From Auanema rhodensis (Eukaryota > Animalia > Nematoda), in contig OZ059899.1 in the NCBI GenBank assembly GCA_964057225.1, positions 7,688,001 to 7,752,000 of the forward strand: DNA of 64,000 nt, read 5' to 3'. A model generated the notes under the pieces. That model searched no databases. It saw nothing but the letters and a program-made list of their open reading frames with translations, and was not told where the DNA came from. Below, piece after piece: positions 14,837 through 27,718 of the stretch. The position numbers and the translations under genes are program-made. The number at the start of each line of letters is the position of its first letter. Positions within the stretch are counted from its first letter, which is position 1.

Positions 14837-16770
14837 TTAACATTGTAATTCAGAAATAAGATGATTGATGGCTTTTGCTCCAAACCGAACATTGTCAGCA
14901 CTTGATAGAGATTCCAAAACTGCTCTGAAACATCGTACGTGAATTCATATTCCTTCAATTTTTTTTATTGTATTCTTTGAATATTAGTAATTGAAGTTGA
15001 AAACAACAGAAATTTCAATGACTTCTCGTATAGTACGTAAGAGATCACTAACCGGACAATAGGAAAATAATTTCCGGTAGCATATACTGTGACTCCAGAG
15101 CGATTTCTGCAAAAGAACAAACTGAATCCTAGTAAAGACTGGATGATATTCCTAATACCTTAGCTTTTCAGCTGCAACATCTATTCTATCAAAAGAGAAT
15201 CCATCAGTCAGAAACACTATAGTTGCATTATTAGAATTCTGATGTTCGAGCTCTTGAATAATATTTTCAATTGCTGCACCAGTTTCCGTTATTCCGGAGA
15301 GAAATCGAGCTCCTGCAATTCAAAAATTTATTAAATATGACTAAACAATTTTTACTGGATAATTTTTTCAAAAAGCTTTCAGTTGTTAAATTCAAATGAA
15401 GAGGTATATTCCAACGCTGACGTCGACGTCCTGCATAAGTCATCAGGGACATCTGAAGTGGTTCATGTTGTATACAGCTATTATGTATAAACATAAATAT
15501 GTGTATATACATACTTATACACTTAAAATCAAAAACATAAGCATACCCGTCTATGAATTGTGCCAATACCACGAATGATATCATGTACTAATTGTTTCTG
15601 TTTTTCATACTGTTCTTCAACATTGCCACTAGAATCTATTGCAAAAACTAGATCAGAACATTCTGAAACAGCTTCTTATACTTTAATACTAATACATTCA
15701 TTAATCTCAATACCTTTTGATGAATTCTTTTGAGGATCATCAAACTGACGCAAATTCAATGATGTTGAAGAACTTTTAAATAAATGCTGAATATCCTGTA
15801 AAGATCCATCAGAAGCTCTTGTTGTTGTAACTGTTGTTATCGTCATCGTAGTTGATGTCTGGATATCTTCCTGGTGTAAAGGTGATGTTGTTAGATTAGC
15901 AAGCAAATCATTTGGCGCTATTCCTTCGATAATAGTTTCAACAGGATTAATCGACTCAATATCTGTGTTGATAGTATTATCAACAGACGTTGTTTTCATG
16001 GTATCATTGCTTGATTCTTGAACCTTTATTTCAATATGCTCTAAGACGTCGTTGTTGAAAGCCTCAACATCATTTCTCGGAGTTGTTATGATTGGAATTT
16101 TGTCTGTTACAGATGAAATGGTCAAAGTCGTTGTCATGGGTGTGGTAATTGCCATCATTACGACATCCGATACAACTTCCGAGGTGTTGGTATTGTTTTC
16201 CGTCGTAGTAGTATTCAACTCCATAGATTCAGTAGAGAATATAGATTCACTAGCATTAAAAATAGTTTGAGGTCCATCAAGAAACATGTCTTCCGTGCCA
16301 GTGATGTCCACACGTTGTTTACGAAAATCTTGTAACTCTTGGCTGGATTCCTTCTGATTCATAACAATATTGAGTAGATCAATATCGGTAACGTCTGTGG
16401 TGTTGCTGTCAACTGTGAAATCATCATCAGCCAACGAAGGTATTCCAATAATTGTCTCATTTTTATCAAGTGAAATTGCTTGTGACACAACAGTTGTAAG
16501 AACTGTATTTACTGCTGATCGTGTAGTTGATTCTGTAGTCTGAAAACTCCGGATATCAACTCCTTGCTTCTTCCATGGTGGGGCAACAGTTGGTAAATCT
16601 TTTGGATACCAGTCCTCAGCATGAAATGAAAGAGGTGGGCGAATTCCGGGTGGTGAGCCACCTAAATAATTGAAAAAATTTGTCCAAAAATAGAAATAAA
16701 AGCAAAGCTCACCATAAACTGAAGTATCCAAATTTGAATAAATAAAAACAAGAAGAAATATTAAAACCAT
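14837..16770 (-). CDS. Secreted protein with a Thr/Ser-rich mucin-like region and a C-terminal von Willebrand A domain (multi-exon)
   Basis: Signal peptide MVLIFLLVFIYS; large Thr-rich exon (~15713-16661); later exons splice to ECSDLVFAIDSSGNV...MSLMTYAG...GITETGAAI...IVFLTDGFSFD...VTVYATG...ELQC*, a VWA pattern. Confidence 0.85.
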
Positions 16771-18815
16771 GGAGAATTATATGGATCGGATAAAGATGTT
16801 CAATATTTTCTTTTTCTTTGAAGATGAAAAAGAGTTTTTTCAATGTTATTTGATATTGTATCTGCAAATGGTTTTATAAAAATAGATTTATGAAAATGTT
16901 TTTCGTCGAAGATTGATAAAATACTTGAAAACATCTCATGAAATATCGGAAATAAGCTAGTTGGATTGATCAAACAATGAACGTTTTAGGTAGTCTCTTC
17001 CTCGTAGACTTCAAAAACGAAAAGCAACATTATTTTCAATGAGAATAGCCGCTCGTCTGATGAAGTTCAAGCTCCAATTCTAATGACCTTGGATCATCCA
17101 GTTGGTTTCTGGTCCATAACGGTGGGAAATGATGGGAACGATATCAACGATGAGGTGAGATGCATACTACAAGTGATGGTGAACGTAACACGCTCGACCA
17201 GTTTTCCATTTTACGAAAAGTTATTGAAAAAGTTTAGAAATTGATACATGTTATTACAGATGTTTCTTATATTTGAAATTCGAGAAAGGTGAAAAAGACC
17301 GGAATAATGAAATGAAGTCACGATTTCTGAAGGGCGTGTGAGGATGAGAGAGAATGATCTATTACGGGATTCTGTACCAAACTTCTAGACTATTTCCTCA
17401 TGTCTGCAAAGCTTTTCCTAACCGGATGCTTGTTCCCCCATTAACATTACATTACACATCGACCACCAGATGGATATCGGTGAATCTTGACATGTATGGC
17501 AAACAGATGATGGTCGTTACGCATAGTTTATGCGACAATCTTAAACGTAAAAGAAAAAAAAGAAAAGAAAAAATGAGTGAAAAGCGGGAAATATGTCGTT
17601 GATTCACTCGTTCAGGAACGAACTGTGGAAAGACGAAGTGAATTTGTGAGAAGTGGGGACGGAGGAGGAGACCACACATGGGTATTGGTCAGAGGCAAAG
17701 TGAGGTTACACCTGCTTACAAAAATGGGAAAATATATTTACATAGAGATGTATAATAATTGAATAGATGAAAACATATAAGAAAAACATTCCAAGAGTTT
17801 CGAGGAGAGAAAATGAGGAGAAAGTGCTTCTACTAAATCATGTTGAAAACAACAATTAAACAAGAACCAATAAAAGAAGTAAAAGTTCAGAAAAAGGAGA
17901 TTCATTGTTAACAATCTTGAGAAGAATTTACAAAACTTTTCAAAGTTGTATATGTAATTGTCTTTTCTTGTGCTTTGAATTGAAAAAAAGCATAACCTTT
18001 ATAAAAAAATTATGTGAAAGGAAATGTATTAAGATGTTTGTTGAATAAATGAATCAAATGAAATAGTTTAGAAAAAAAAGAATTCAGCTATGTGAAATCA
18101 ATTTTTTGTCATTTCGAAGCTGAACAAGATTCTCAAACCTTTTTTCCTTTAATTCTTTCTAAGTTTGAACGTCAATCTAAATGTATCTGATGAATATGTT
18201 GACAAATGAAAGTTTAGAAGATGAAGTTAGAGTAGAGATTGATTTACAATTTCAAATTATATTTATTTTTACTATTTTTTGAAATTATCTAAAATGATTA
18301 ACTAAACCATTTTATTTATTATATAATTTAATGAAAAAAAAAATTAATTGAATCACAAAAGAATTTTTGGCAGAAATGGCTAATACACGAACAAAAAAAA
18401 AGCTGACTGGCCATCATTAGGGATGGCGAATCGGATTCCCATCACGTTAGGTCAGCAACAGGTCTTTTTCTCATTTCTCCACCTTATTGTTGTATTTTCC
18501 TTGATTCAAGCCCCTAATCCTTTTCGAAGCTAGCAATAGTCTCGAGTGCTAGACGATTTATTTATACACCTCTTACATTCACACACTATAGATTATTGAT
18601 ATCTTTATATGAAACAAGAAAAAAATGTAGTTTTAGCAATAGATTTGAAAGAAAATAAATATGAAAAATCACATCTTTGCTTCTTTATTTTTTTCATTAT
18701 AAGCTACACACTACCTAAAATGTATTTGTAATCGCCCTGATAAGTAATAAGATTAAACCGTGATATATAGTTTTTGATATTTGAAATATTAAAAAATATG
18801 TTTATTAAATAATTA

Positions 18816-18822
<7 letters not shown>

Positions 18823-18872
<50 letters not shown>
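18823..18872. repeat. (AT)n microsatellite
   Basis: About 25 units. Confidence 0.95.
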
Positions 18873-18875
<3 letters not shown>

Positions 18876-19247
18876 TATATAACAATATTTAATTAAAATA
18901 CAAAAAACATTTATGAAATGAAAAAACTAAACAAATAATTTATAAAAAATCTTTTAAAATACCTAATCTTTAATAAATATTATATTTTAATATAATATTT
19001 TCAAATACATGTAGTTTTAACTATATTTTTTTAGTTAAAAAAGTTATTTTGATTATTCAAAATATTCTTTATATGAATACTAAGATAAACGATCACATCC
19101 ATTTGAAAAATTTCAATGTTGCTGATGCAAGCTGATAAGAAATATATAATGATATACCTATTTATCGACTTTTGTTTCAGTTTCATTCAAGCTAAAAGAG
19201 CCTTGTCTTCTATTCATATAGACTGTTTAAACTATTTTTTTTAAAAA

Positions 19248-22238
19248 ATGGCATATTTCAATCGTTCAAATGAAGTAAGAATATTTGTATTTCAACATAA
19301 ATATATATTTGATTAATGCTTTCTAGCCAATGGCTAATAGCCGTTTATTAATTCAATGGATTCATGAAAGAGTTTCACCTTATGATAGTATTCTTATACG
19401 TTCAATTGATCAATATTCAATGTTATCTGAATTAGGAAGAGGAAGATTTGGAAAAGTAAGATATTTCCAATTATTTATTTTAAAATATATTTTCTATATA
19501 GGTTTGTAGCTATATAAATAATGAAACTAAAACAACTATCACCGTAAAAGCTGTTAAAATGGAAATCTTCGAACACTGGTCCCAAGATAAAGAGAAAATA
19601 TCAAGCGTATTACTCCTAAAAAAATTTTATTTATTTACTTTTTTAAATTTTTTCTCAGAGATTAAATATATTTCTCGAAGAATTTCGCCGGTTACAAAAA
19701 ATATCTTTGGCAAACGATTCGATAGCAAACCAACTTGGAATATATGCGGAAGGGTTTGTAAACTTAATCGTATATCAATTATAAATATTGAATGTTTATT
19801 TAATTATAAAATAATTTTTAAAATTTTTTTTAAAAAATAAAAAATACAAAAACGTTTAAAATTAAAATATGTTGTTCTTCATTTCACTATATAACAGAAT
19901 TTACACATAAAAACAATTGAATCTATTTATATGTTTTATAATTTATCATAATTTATTCAAAAAACACTATAGTTTTAGAATAAAAAAATTTATTTTGTTT
20001 CAGACTTGATCTTTTTGTGTTGACAGAATTTGTAGTTAATGGTTCTGTTAAGGATTATATTGTAAAAGGAACAATAACACAATCAACAGCTGTTAAATAT
20101 CTATCTGATGTATATTTCTAATAATATTTAATTATATATTATATATTATAATAAGTTTTTTAGACTTTATCAGCTTTACAATACTTGCATACGTTAAATC
20201 CTCCAGTTGTCCACAGAGATATCAAAGGTTAACCGCAAGATTGCTTGGTAATATTTACTTTCTTTTTGTATTTTTCAGCAGCTAATCTATTAGTTAGTAG
20301 TTCAAACAATATAAAACTTGCAAATTTTGGTTTGGTTCGAGATTTAGCTGTTGACGGGATGGGTCTAGCTGTAGCGTCAGAAGTTACAAAAGATTTTCGA
20401 GGTTATGCAACTGGATAGATCAAATTAAATTTTGACTTTAGGTTCTCTTCTTTATATTGCACCGGAAGTATTAGCTAGTGATCTTGGTCCTGGCTATAGA
20501 ATATCTTACTCATTACCAACAGATATATGGTATGATTAAAGTTATGAATCTAAAAAGATTGTTCTGTATTTAGGGCATTAGGATGCACATTTATTGAAAT
20601 GTTGCTCAAATTCCCACCTCATTTTGAGTATTTTCAAAAAATTGGTTATAATCAGAATGAAATCATAGAACGTGCTTCCAAATCAAAATCAGAAGTATTT
20701 TGATTACATTTCATACTATTATATATTTTTAAATATTTACAGAGGTTACCATATTCGTCAAAAGTGTTAGTGCCATCAGCATCAGAATATATTCGGGTTA
20801 TTGTTGACAATATCTTTGAAGTTGATCCTAAATTACGTCCAACAGCTTCACAATTATTAGAAATAGTGAATGGTAAACAAAATAAAAAGTTAAACAATGA
20901 TTATGAAAAATTGTTAAAGACAGAGGTATTAAAACTTTTTTCTTTTATTTTTTAAATTATAATTAAGGCTGGTCCCCGAACTAAGCCAAAGCTTGTCAGT
21001 GTTCCAGCTATTGAAGAAGCAGAAGAGCAAGAGAGAAATCAAGTAGTGAATTTCAGTAGCACATTACAAGAGGAATATACACCAATTGAAACCATAGACG
21101 GAGGAGTGACACGTGAAAATAACAACAAAAAACGTCAAAAGCCAACCCAATTAGGCAGTTTTTCTGTACTATTCATGTATCTTATGACACGATTCTTATA
21201 CTTTATGAGTATGTGTATCATATATACTACTAAATTTAAATATATTTTTCAGAAATTCTTGGAAAATCTGTTTGGTATGTGCTTGTATTTCTCACAATCG
21301 GTGTTAGCACACTTGCATTTTTCTTAATGTTGGCTTATGGATTTGTCTTATTCTTTCGATATTTGATACAACTGGGATGCCAATGTGATATATCAGCTCC
21401 GCATTTTCTTGTAATCAGTGGAATTCTATTAATTTTATTATTTGCATTGTTATTCAGGTGAGCAAGCATACTTTTCTCGATCATTTACCTCTTTTTTTCT
21501 GAGATTTTGAATTTTCAAAGACAAAACTTGAATAAGCCTTCAAAGACAATCCCGATGAAAACCTGTAGAAATACTTGTAACACCAGAATTTGAAAAAAAA
21601 AAGTTTTTGACTGAATTGGATCTATCTCAAGAGATTTTCTACAGTTATCCATTTACCCTCTTCATATTCTGCTTTCCGTGTGATTTTGCTCGTTGTTAAT
21701 CACTACAAAGCTGAAGTGTTTCGTACAAGAACGCAGCTGAAAGCCGCAAAGAATCAAGGTGTTACATGTTTCTATGAAGTCTTTTTAACATTATCTCATC
21801 ATCTTTTAAAAATCTTTCTTTTTCTTTTGTAAAATCATCTTTTCTTTTCTTTTTTTCTGTATTTACACTAGCATAGATGATATATACTAAACGAAAAAGA
21901 ACAAATCGTATGTTAAATATCTAAAAATACTGTACAAAGAAGAGGGATGATGAAATTTTCTAGAAGAATTAACTACTGTTAAGTATAACAATGCTTTTCT
22001 TTCTTCTCTTTTCAGTTGTTGTATGATAGCTATTGGAGAGATGAAGCATCGTATGGCAAACGGTCTTTTTGACGACACATCAGTATTTGTACCAAAACCA
22101 AAAGAGAATGTTCAAATGTGCGGTGTGACTGTTCTACGGGGTCAGAACAAGTTAAGTTTCGATGATGATATGTTGTCGTCACATCCAGTAGTCAATCCAT
22201 TACCGGCTGCTCAAGATGATTTCTATTATAATTCGTAA
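19248..22238 (+). CDS. MEKK-like Ser/Thr (pseudo)kinase with a C-terminal hydrophobic/TM region, DRL-1/FLR-4 family
   Basis: Spliced translation gives ELGRGRFGKV, ITVK, VVHRDIKAANLL, KLANFG, GSLLYIAPEV, TDIWALGCTFIEM, then 2-3 hydrophobic segments (~21160-22040). A kinase plus hydrophobic tail is the FLR-4/DRL-1 architecture; exact ortholog not assigned. Confidence 0.8.
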
Positions 22239-22601
22239 TTTATATGAAATAGTAGATATGTATTTATTAATTATGCTATATCAATTGAATGAATACGAAT
22301 ATGTTGACTACTTTAGAAAATATAATTGTATTGTTAAGGATATGTATATTTACTTTTATATATTAATATATGATCTCAATAATTTTCTTAAAACAATTTA
22401 ATTAGATAGATAAATACATAAATAGATGTAGAGATATTTATTTTTTTAATACGAAACTAGTAGAAATTTATATATTTTTTCTCATTTTTTTCTCATTAAG
22501 AGCCAGGGAGTAAAATACTTCGTAATATAATAAATGCAAGCAAAACTGAAAGCTAACCCGTCCAGTCACCAAGAATTTATCTCCGGATTTTCTCAGTAAG
22601 T

Positions 22602-22939
22602 TCAAAAGTGGCTATTAACACTGTCCCAAGCCAAATATGTTATAACAGCTATCAATGCGGCAGAAGCTACCTGAAGAAAAATAATTTTTTTAATTTCAAT
22701 TTTGGAATCTCGTTAAAAACTTTAAACAAGTACAAAAAATAAATAAAAACCATTTTTTATTAAGTATTTTTAAGAAAATATTCATTTAAATAACAAATTG
22801 TTTGAGAAACTGTGGATAAACTTACAACCAGGACGGTGATAAAGACATACTTCTGACATTTTTCCTTATCGAATGTTGCATTAGGCATTGCAGGATCTTT
22901 TGGACGATCAAATCCTGAGGAATACATCATGGAAGTCAT
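22602..22939 (-). CDS. Putative 60-aa single-pass membrane microprotein (2 exons)
   Basis: Exon 22939-22826 (38 codons, GTAAGT donor) joins exon 22670-22602 (TTCAG acceptor) in phase 0: MTSMMYSSGFDRPKDPAMPNATFDKEKCQKYVFITVLV/VASAALIAVITYLAWDSVNSHF*. The TM helix spans the junction. Confidence 0.6.
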
Positions 22940-23920
22940 GATAAGTTTATTATGTAATCAATGTGAAGAATAAATTGAACAGTACTCGAGTTTGATGATG
23001 ATTGGTGACACTGATTTTCTGTTTACAGGCCTCGTAACAGAAGCCGCGTCAAATAGAGGGCGGTAGGCGGAGACATAGTTTTTGAGAAAAAGGGCAAACA
23101 GTTGAAGTAAATTCCAACCAAATTTGAACAAGTACATGATAAGAAATAATAAGGTAAAAATACAAATTGAAGATATTTTCTGTTATTGCAAAGAAATATG
23201 AAAAATTGATTTAATGCTCAAAACATTTTGACTTCTTGTTCACGAAAAAAGTATGAGTAATAAGATTGAAAACTATGTTTGAAATATTGAAGTAAAACCA
23301 GAATATATAATATAAGACTATATATAACTATTCAATTGAAAGATAGAGTAACTAGTACAAGTATAGAAAAGAAAAATGAAAAAAATATATAAACGTCCAT
23401 TTCCAAAAAAAGATTCTATCTAGTCAAATCTTTTTGTACCTTTGTGTCTCTTTTCTTCTAACTCTCTCTCTCTCTCTCTTGCTTTTCCTAGTATTCTTCT
23501 TTTCTCTGCAATCTATTTCTCTTCACACTTAGATTTATATGTATATATGTACATGTAAAGTAAAACAAAGATTTTTACATGTTATTTGTTACTAGGAATC
23601 CATAAAATAACGAGATTCTCCCTGGGAGATGGCTAGCTCAATTCTCATTGCAATAGTCGGATTGGAAATTATAAAGAGAGACATATATATGTATATATAT
23701 ATATACATATATATAATAATGTATGTAATATCTTCGATTATTATTGAATATTAGAATTTAATCTTCTTTTTTTTTTAATTTTTATTCGTTTAATATGAAA
23801 TCAACAGCTAGTCAATGACCCGATATAACAAATAAAATGGGAAGAAATTGAAAAATTCAAACAATGTTAAGGAATAATTGATATTAATATATTGGAATAA
23901 TAATTTTCAAATTATAATAT

Positions 23921-26900
23921 TCAAGCATGAATATCTGTTTCCCATGTAACATCAATCAAATCGAATTTCCATTCATCTGGATGACCAATATGCTTAACCT
24001 TATCATTCTGAAAATATAAGTTGCATAAACTGATGTCACTTAGATTTTGATTCAAATTACTTCACAGTTATGTTTTTGCAAAATTCTCATGTATGTGAAT
24101 GAATATTTTATTAAATTGAACTTACGAAATCAAAAGTGCTCCATTTGAAAGATGGTACTTGTCCCCATGTTGGTCCACCTTGGGCTTGGAATTGAAGTTT
24201 CTTCATCATGTCTACATTAGTTCCCTAGAAACACTTACATTTAAAAATTATATTCTATCAAATTTGGTGAACCTTATAGTCTAAAGCACCATGATTGACA
24301 TGTCCTTGTCCTGGGAATTCATAAGTTCCATTAGCTGGGTTCAAATCTCCTCTAGCTGAGATTGCAGCCTAATGATGACAGTTTTATAGGTTTCAACTAG
24401 GTATTCAATCTCACCTCAGCAGAGTAAGGAGGGTTACATTTACATTTACTGAATTCATCCTCTTTGTAATTATTGTATCTAAATTAATATTGATTTATTT
24501 ATAATATTAAATCAAAATACTTCCAGAATTCTTTAATTAAAGTAATAAAATACATTAATATTATACCTCATGAGAGTTTGAAGAGATGCTAAGTCTTTAA
24601 CATTGTGATGATCACGCTCGAAAATTTTAGCACGAGGAGAAGCACCCCACTTGAACCAATCACCCATTTTTTCAGCCTAATTTCATTTGTTGTTCATATT
24701 TTGCTTGTATTTTCTTCTGTACCTGTCCAACAAATCCAGAAATATCGGTAATTTTCTTGAAATATGGAATGTTATATGATGGGAAATATGAATATTTTTG
24801 CAAGAACCAAGTTAAATCAGAGTATACGATCTTTCCACTGAAAATCATAATTGAAAACAAAATTATGCTTATTTTCATGTATGCTCTTTGTGTAAAACTC
24901 ACGGCATCTGTTCGAGGACATAGAAGAGACCATATTCAGGTAAAGCCTTGTGTTTCTCAAACTTGTTATAATCCAATACAGCCCTTCAAAATAATAAAAA
25001 TAATGGATTATGATAATATATTGTATGATAGATGAACCATTGATTATTGTATGTTCCAGAATTGTGTTTGGCATAAATGTGACACCATTCACGGGCATCT
25101 CTAGCCATCATATTAGCAACAACTGCACGTACCCATGTTGGAAGCTGAAATATAACTTTAGAGGATATGTTGATCTCACTTTTCAATGTAATTATTATTC
25201 TATTATATGTTAGTTACTCATACGTTCACATGTTTTTTTGAAATTAAATATTTTTGTTCTAATCTAACCTGTCCTACAGACTTAGTGTTATCGAAAAGTG
25301 TAAGATTGAAAACGCTGATTGTTGTCTCGATAATAGCCTGAAACAAGAAAGTTGATGATCTGCATGTACCATGAGTTGAAACTCACCAGCCCAGATGACA
25401 TCAGAGCAAAATCGTCAGAAGAATATAAAAGCCCTGGGTAAGATGCCATGGAGGTAGCATATCCAGGATAGATCTCACGATCTGCAATTGAATATGAATA
25501 CTTGTATATTCGGGTTTAATATACCGTAACCGAACTTGTACATCTTAAGAACTCTAAGCATGTTCTGGAATCCAGACATAGTAACTTGAGAAATTAAAAG
25601 ATCAGCATTATCTGGAGCAACCTATACAAATATATAAGCAGTATATGCACATAGTTTTTTTGAAAAAGTTTTACTTTGATAAGTCCAGAACATTTTTCTC
25701 CAGTTTGATCAGTAATAGGATCTCTGGTTTTATTCAATTTCTTTTCAAGATCATAGAAATCTCCATTCCAGTTAAGAAGCCTGAGAAAGTATTAACTAAT
25801 AAAATATTTTTAAAGTAATACTATTACAAGATAGGATGGATTTCATAGGATACTGCTGGGTTGAACGCTCTTGCTTCATACCCATCGATCAATCCAGTAA
25901 TTTGATGGAAAGTACGGTTAACCTAATATTATTTAGATTATAAATATTCATAAAGTTATGATTACTCACTCCAGACCAATAAAAATCATCTCTAGCTGTT
26001 GTTTCCAATGTTTTTTTGACCCACATTTGATTCTCATTAAGGAATGTAGTCATTCTTTTGCAATATTCAGTGAAATTGGTACAATAATCTTCAACAGTAT
26101 TTTGAATATGATAATGAAGAACTGTTCGGGAAAGAACTCCTGAAAACATAAATCATCACATTTGTGTACGAATGGACCAATTAACCTTCTAGGTATCCAG
26201 CAGCATAAGCTTGCAATTCTGGATCATAAGCTTCTTTCGTTTCAACTTCCAAAAATGTCCATCTGTATAAAAACTATGTTATAAGTTTATTAAAGTTCTT
26301 AATTATATAACCAACTTTCAATTAAAATTATTTTAAAATTCTCGCTTGGCAGTATCATTTTCTCTTGCCCTTCCCCCCTCAGTCGCTAGTCTGTATTTTC
26401 TCTCTTTCTCTCTGTCTTCCTCTCTTTCTTTCCCAGCTTATGTTTCACGTCACATTGTCTCTACCTACCTCCCAGACTATTCTTATCATCTTGTTAATGT
26501 TTCTTGTCTTCAAATAATCTCTTTTGACCCATCACTATACCAAACGTATTACTTTAATTTGATTGTAAGAATTCAAAGATAACTATATGTATCTATGCAA
26601 ATGCACAATGAATTTAATTTGATTCTACGTCATGACATACCCGCTAGCATTGACAGAATTCTTCCACTTTCCTACGGCTACTTGATTACGACAATCAAAT
26701 CCATCCAACATATTGAATTTTCCATCTACTTCACATATCTGCTTGTAAGTATATGCCTCATCTAATCCTAACTTTTGAGCACCAACTAAGCCTATAATAT
26801 AAAATTATATAAATTATTATATAAGTCTTATTTTATATATTTTTGATTTCATCTATTTTTGTAATTTTTTTAAAATTAATATCAAAAAAAGTATTTATAG

Positions 26901-27159
26901 TGTTCTCAAGAAACAGATTAGTTTTTTATATCTTAAATGTTCGAAAAACAGTTTTTTCATTTATTTTTTGAGATAAAATAATGATAACGATTTGATATGA
27001 TTCACAAAAAATATTTTCTAGAACCTAATTACCTAAAATACTTAAATTTTTATGAAATATAATAGCTGTTGATGTATTTTCAAAAATATTTTGCTACAAT
27101 TTTATAAAAAAAAGAAACTAACCTATCGCTAATAAAGCGAATAATATGGCAGCAGCCAT
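23921..27159 (-). CDS. Phospholipase B-like 2 (PLBD2 family; lysosomal Ntn-hydrolase)
   Basis: Signal peptide MAAAILFALLAIG; motifs WTFLEVET, QAYAAGYLEG, KCSGLIK (nucleophile Cys at ~25690), SSDDF, HNSGTYNNQW, SYNIPYF, SPRAKIFERDH, AISARGDLNP, HIGHPDEWKF. Confidence 0.93.
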
Positions 27160-27718
27160 GTTTGATGAGTTGAGAATCAAACTAAGACAAAAAGTTTATC
27201 TTTTTTTCATTTTAATAGAGCTTATCAACTGATAAAATCGAGACATCTACTGATTTCTGAGCAGAAACGATCTAAGATTGGCTTATAGATAATTCAAATG
27301 TTGTAAAATCATCAGACATTAAGCTTTCAGTATATTTTTTTCCATAACATATGCTACTGTATCAATTATACAAAATTTATATAATATATAATTATCATTT
27401 TATCTTTATTTTGTAAAATACAGAAAATAAAACAATTTCATGCCTAAAAGCAATTCTTTCACCAGGTTAGGGTAGGGGAAGGTGGTAACTCTAATATCTC
27501 TAATACTCGTAATGAACAGATTTTAAAAAAACAATTTCTGGTGTTTTACAAAGACACCAAATGAATGACAAATTTGAATGATTTTTATAAATAAGGAGTG
27601 AAGCCACTGATACATGTTTAAAAAGTTTGTCCTTATTAAAGAAATTATTCAAAGGTATACTCTATAACATATCAAACTTTAACATATGACATTGATTACG
27701 ATTATTATACTGTAAAAA

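Noticed and set aside
16052-16270. 72-aa hydrophobic plus-strand ORF
   Set aside because: Antisense shadow of the Thr-rich exon of the VWA gene.
21645-21700. Alternative terminal exon inside the long kinase intron
   Set aside because: The acceptor gives only ~18 codons with no recognisable motif; no support.
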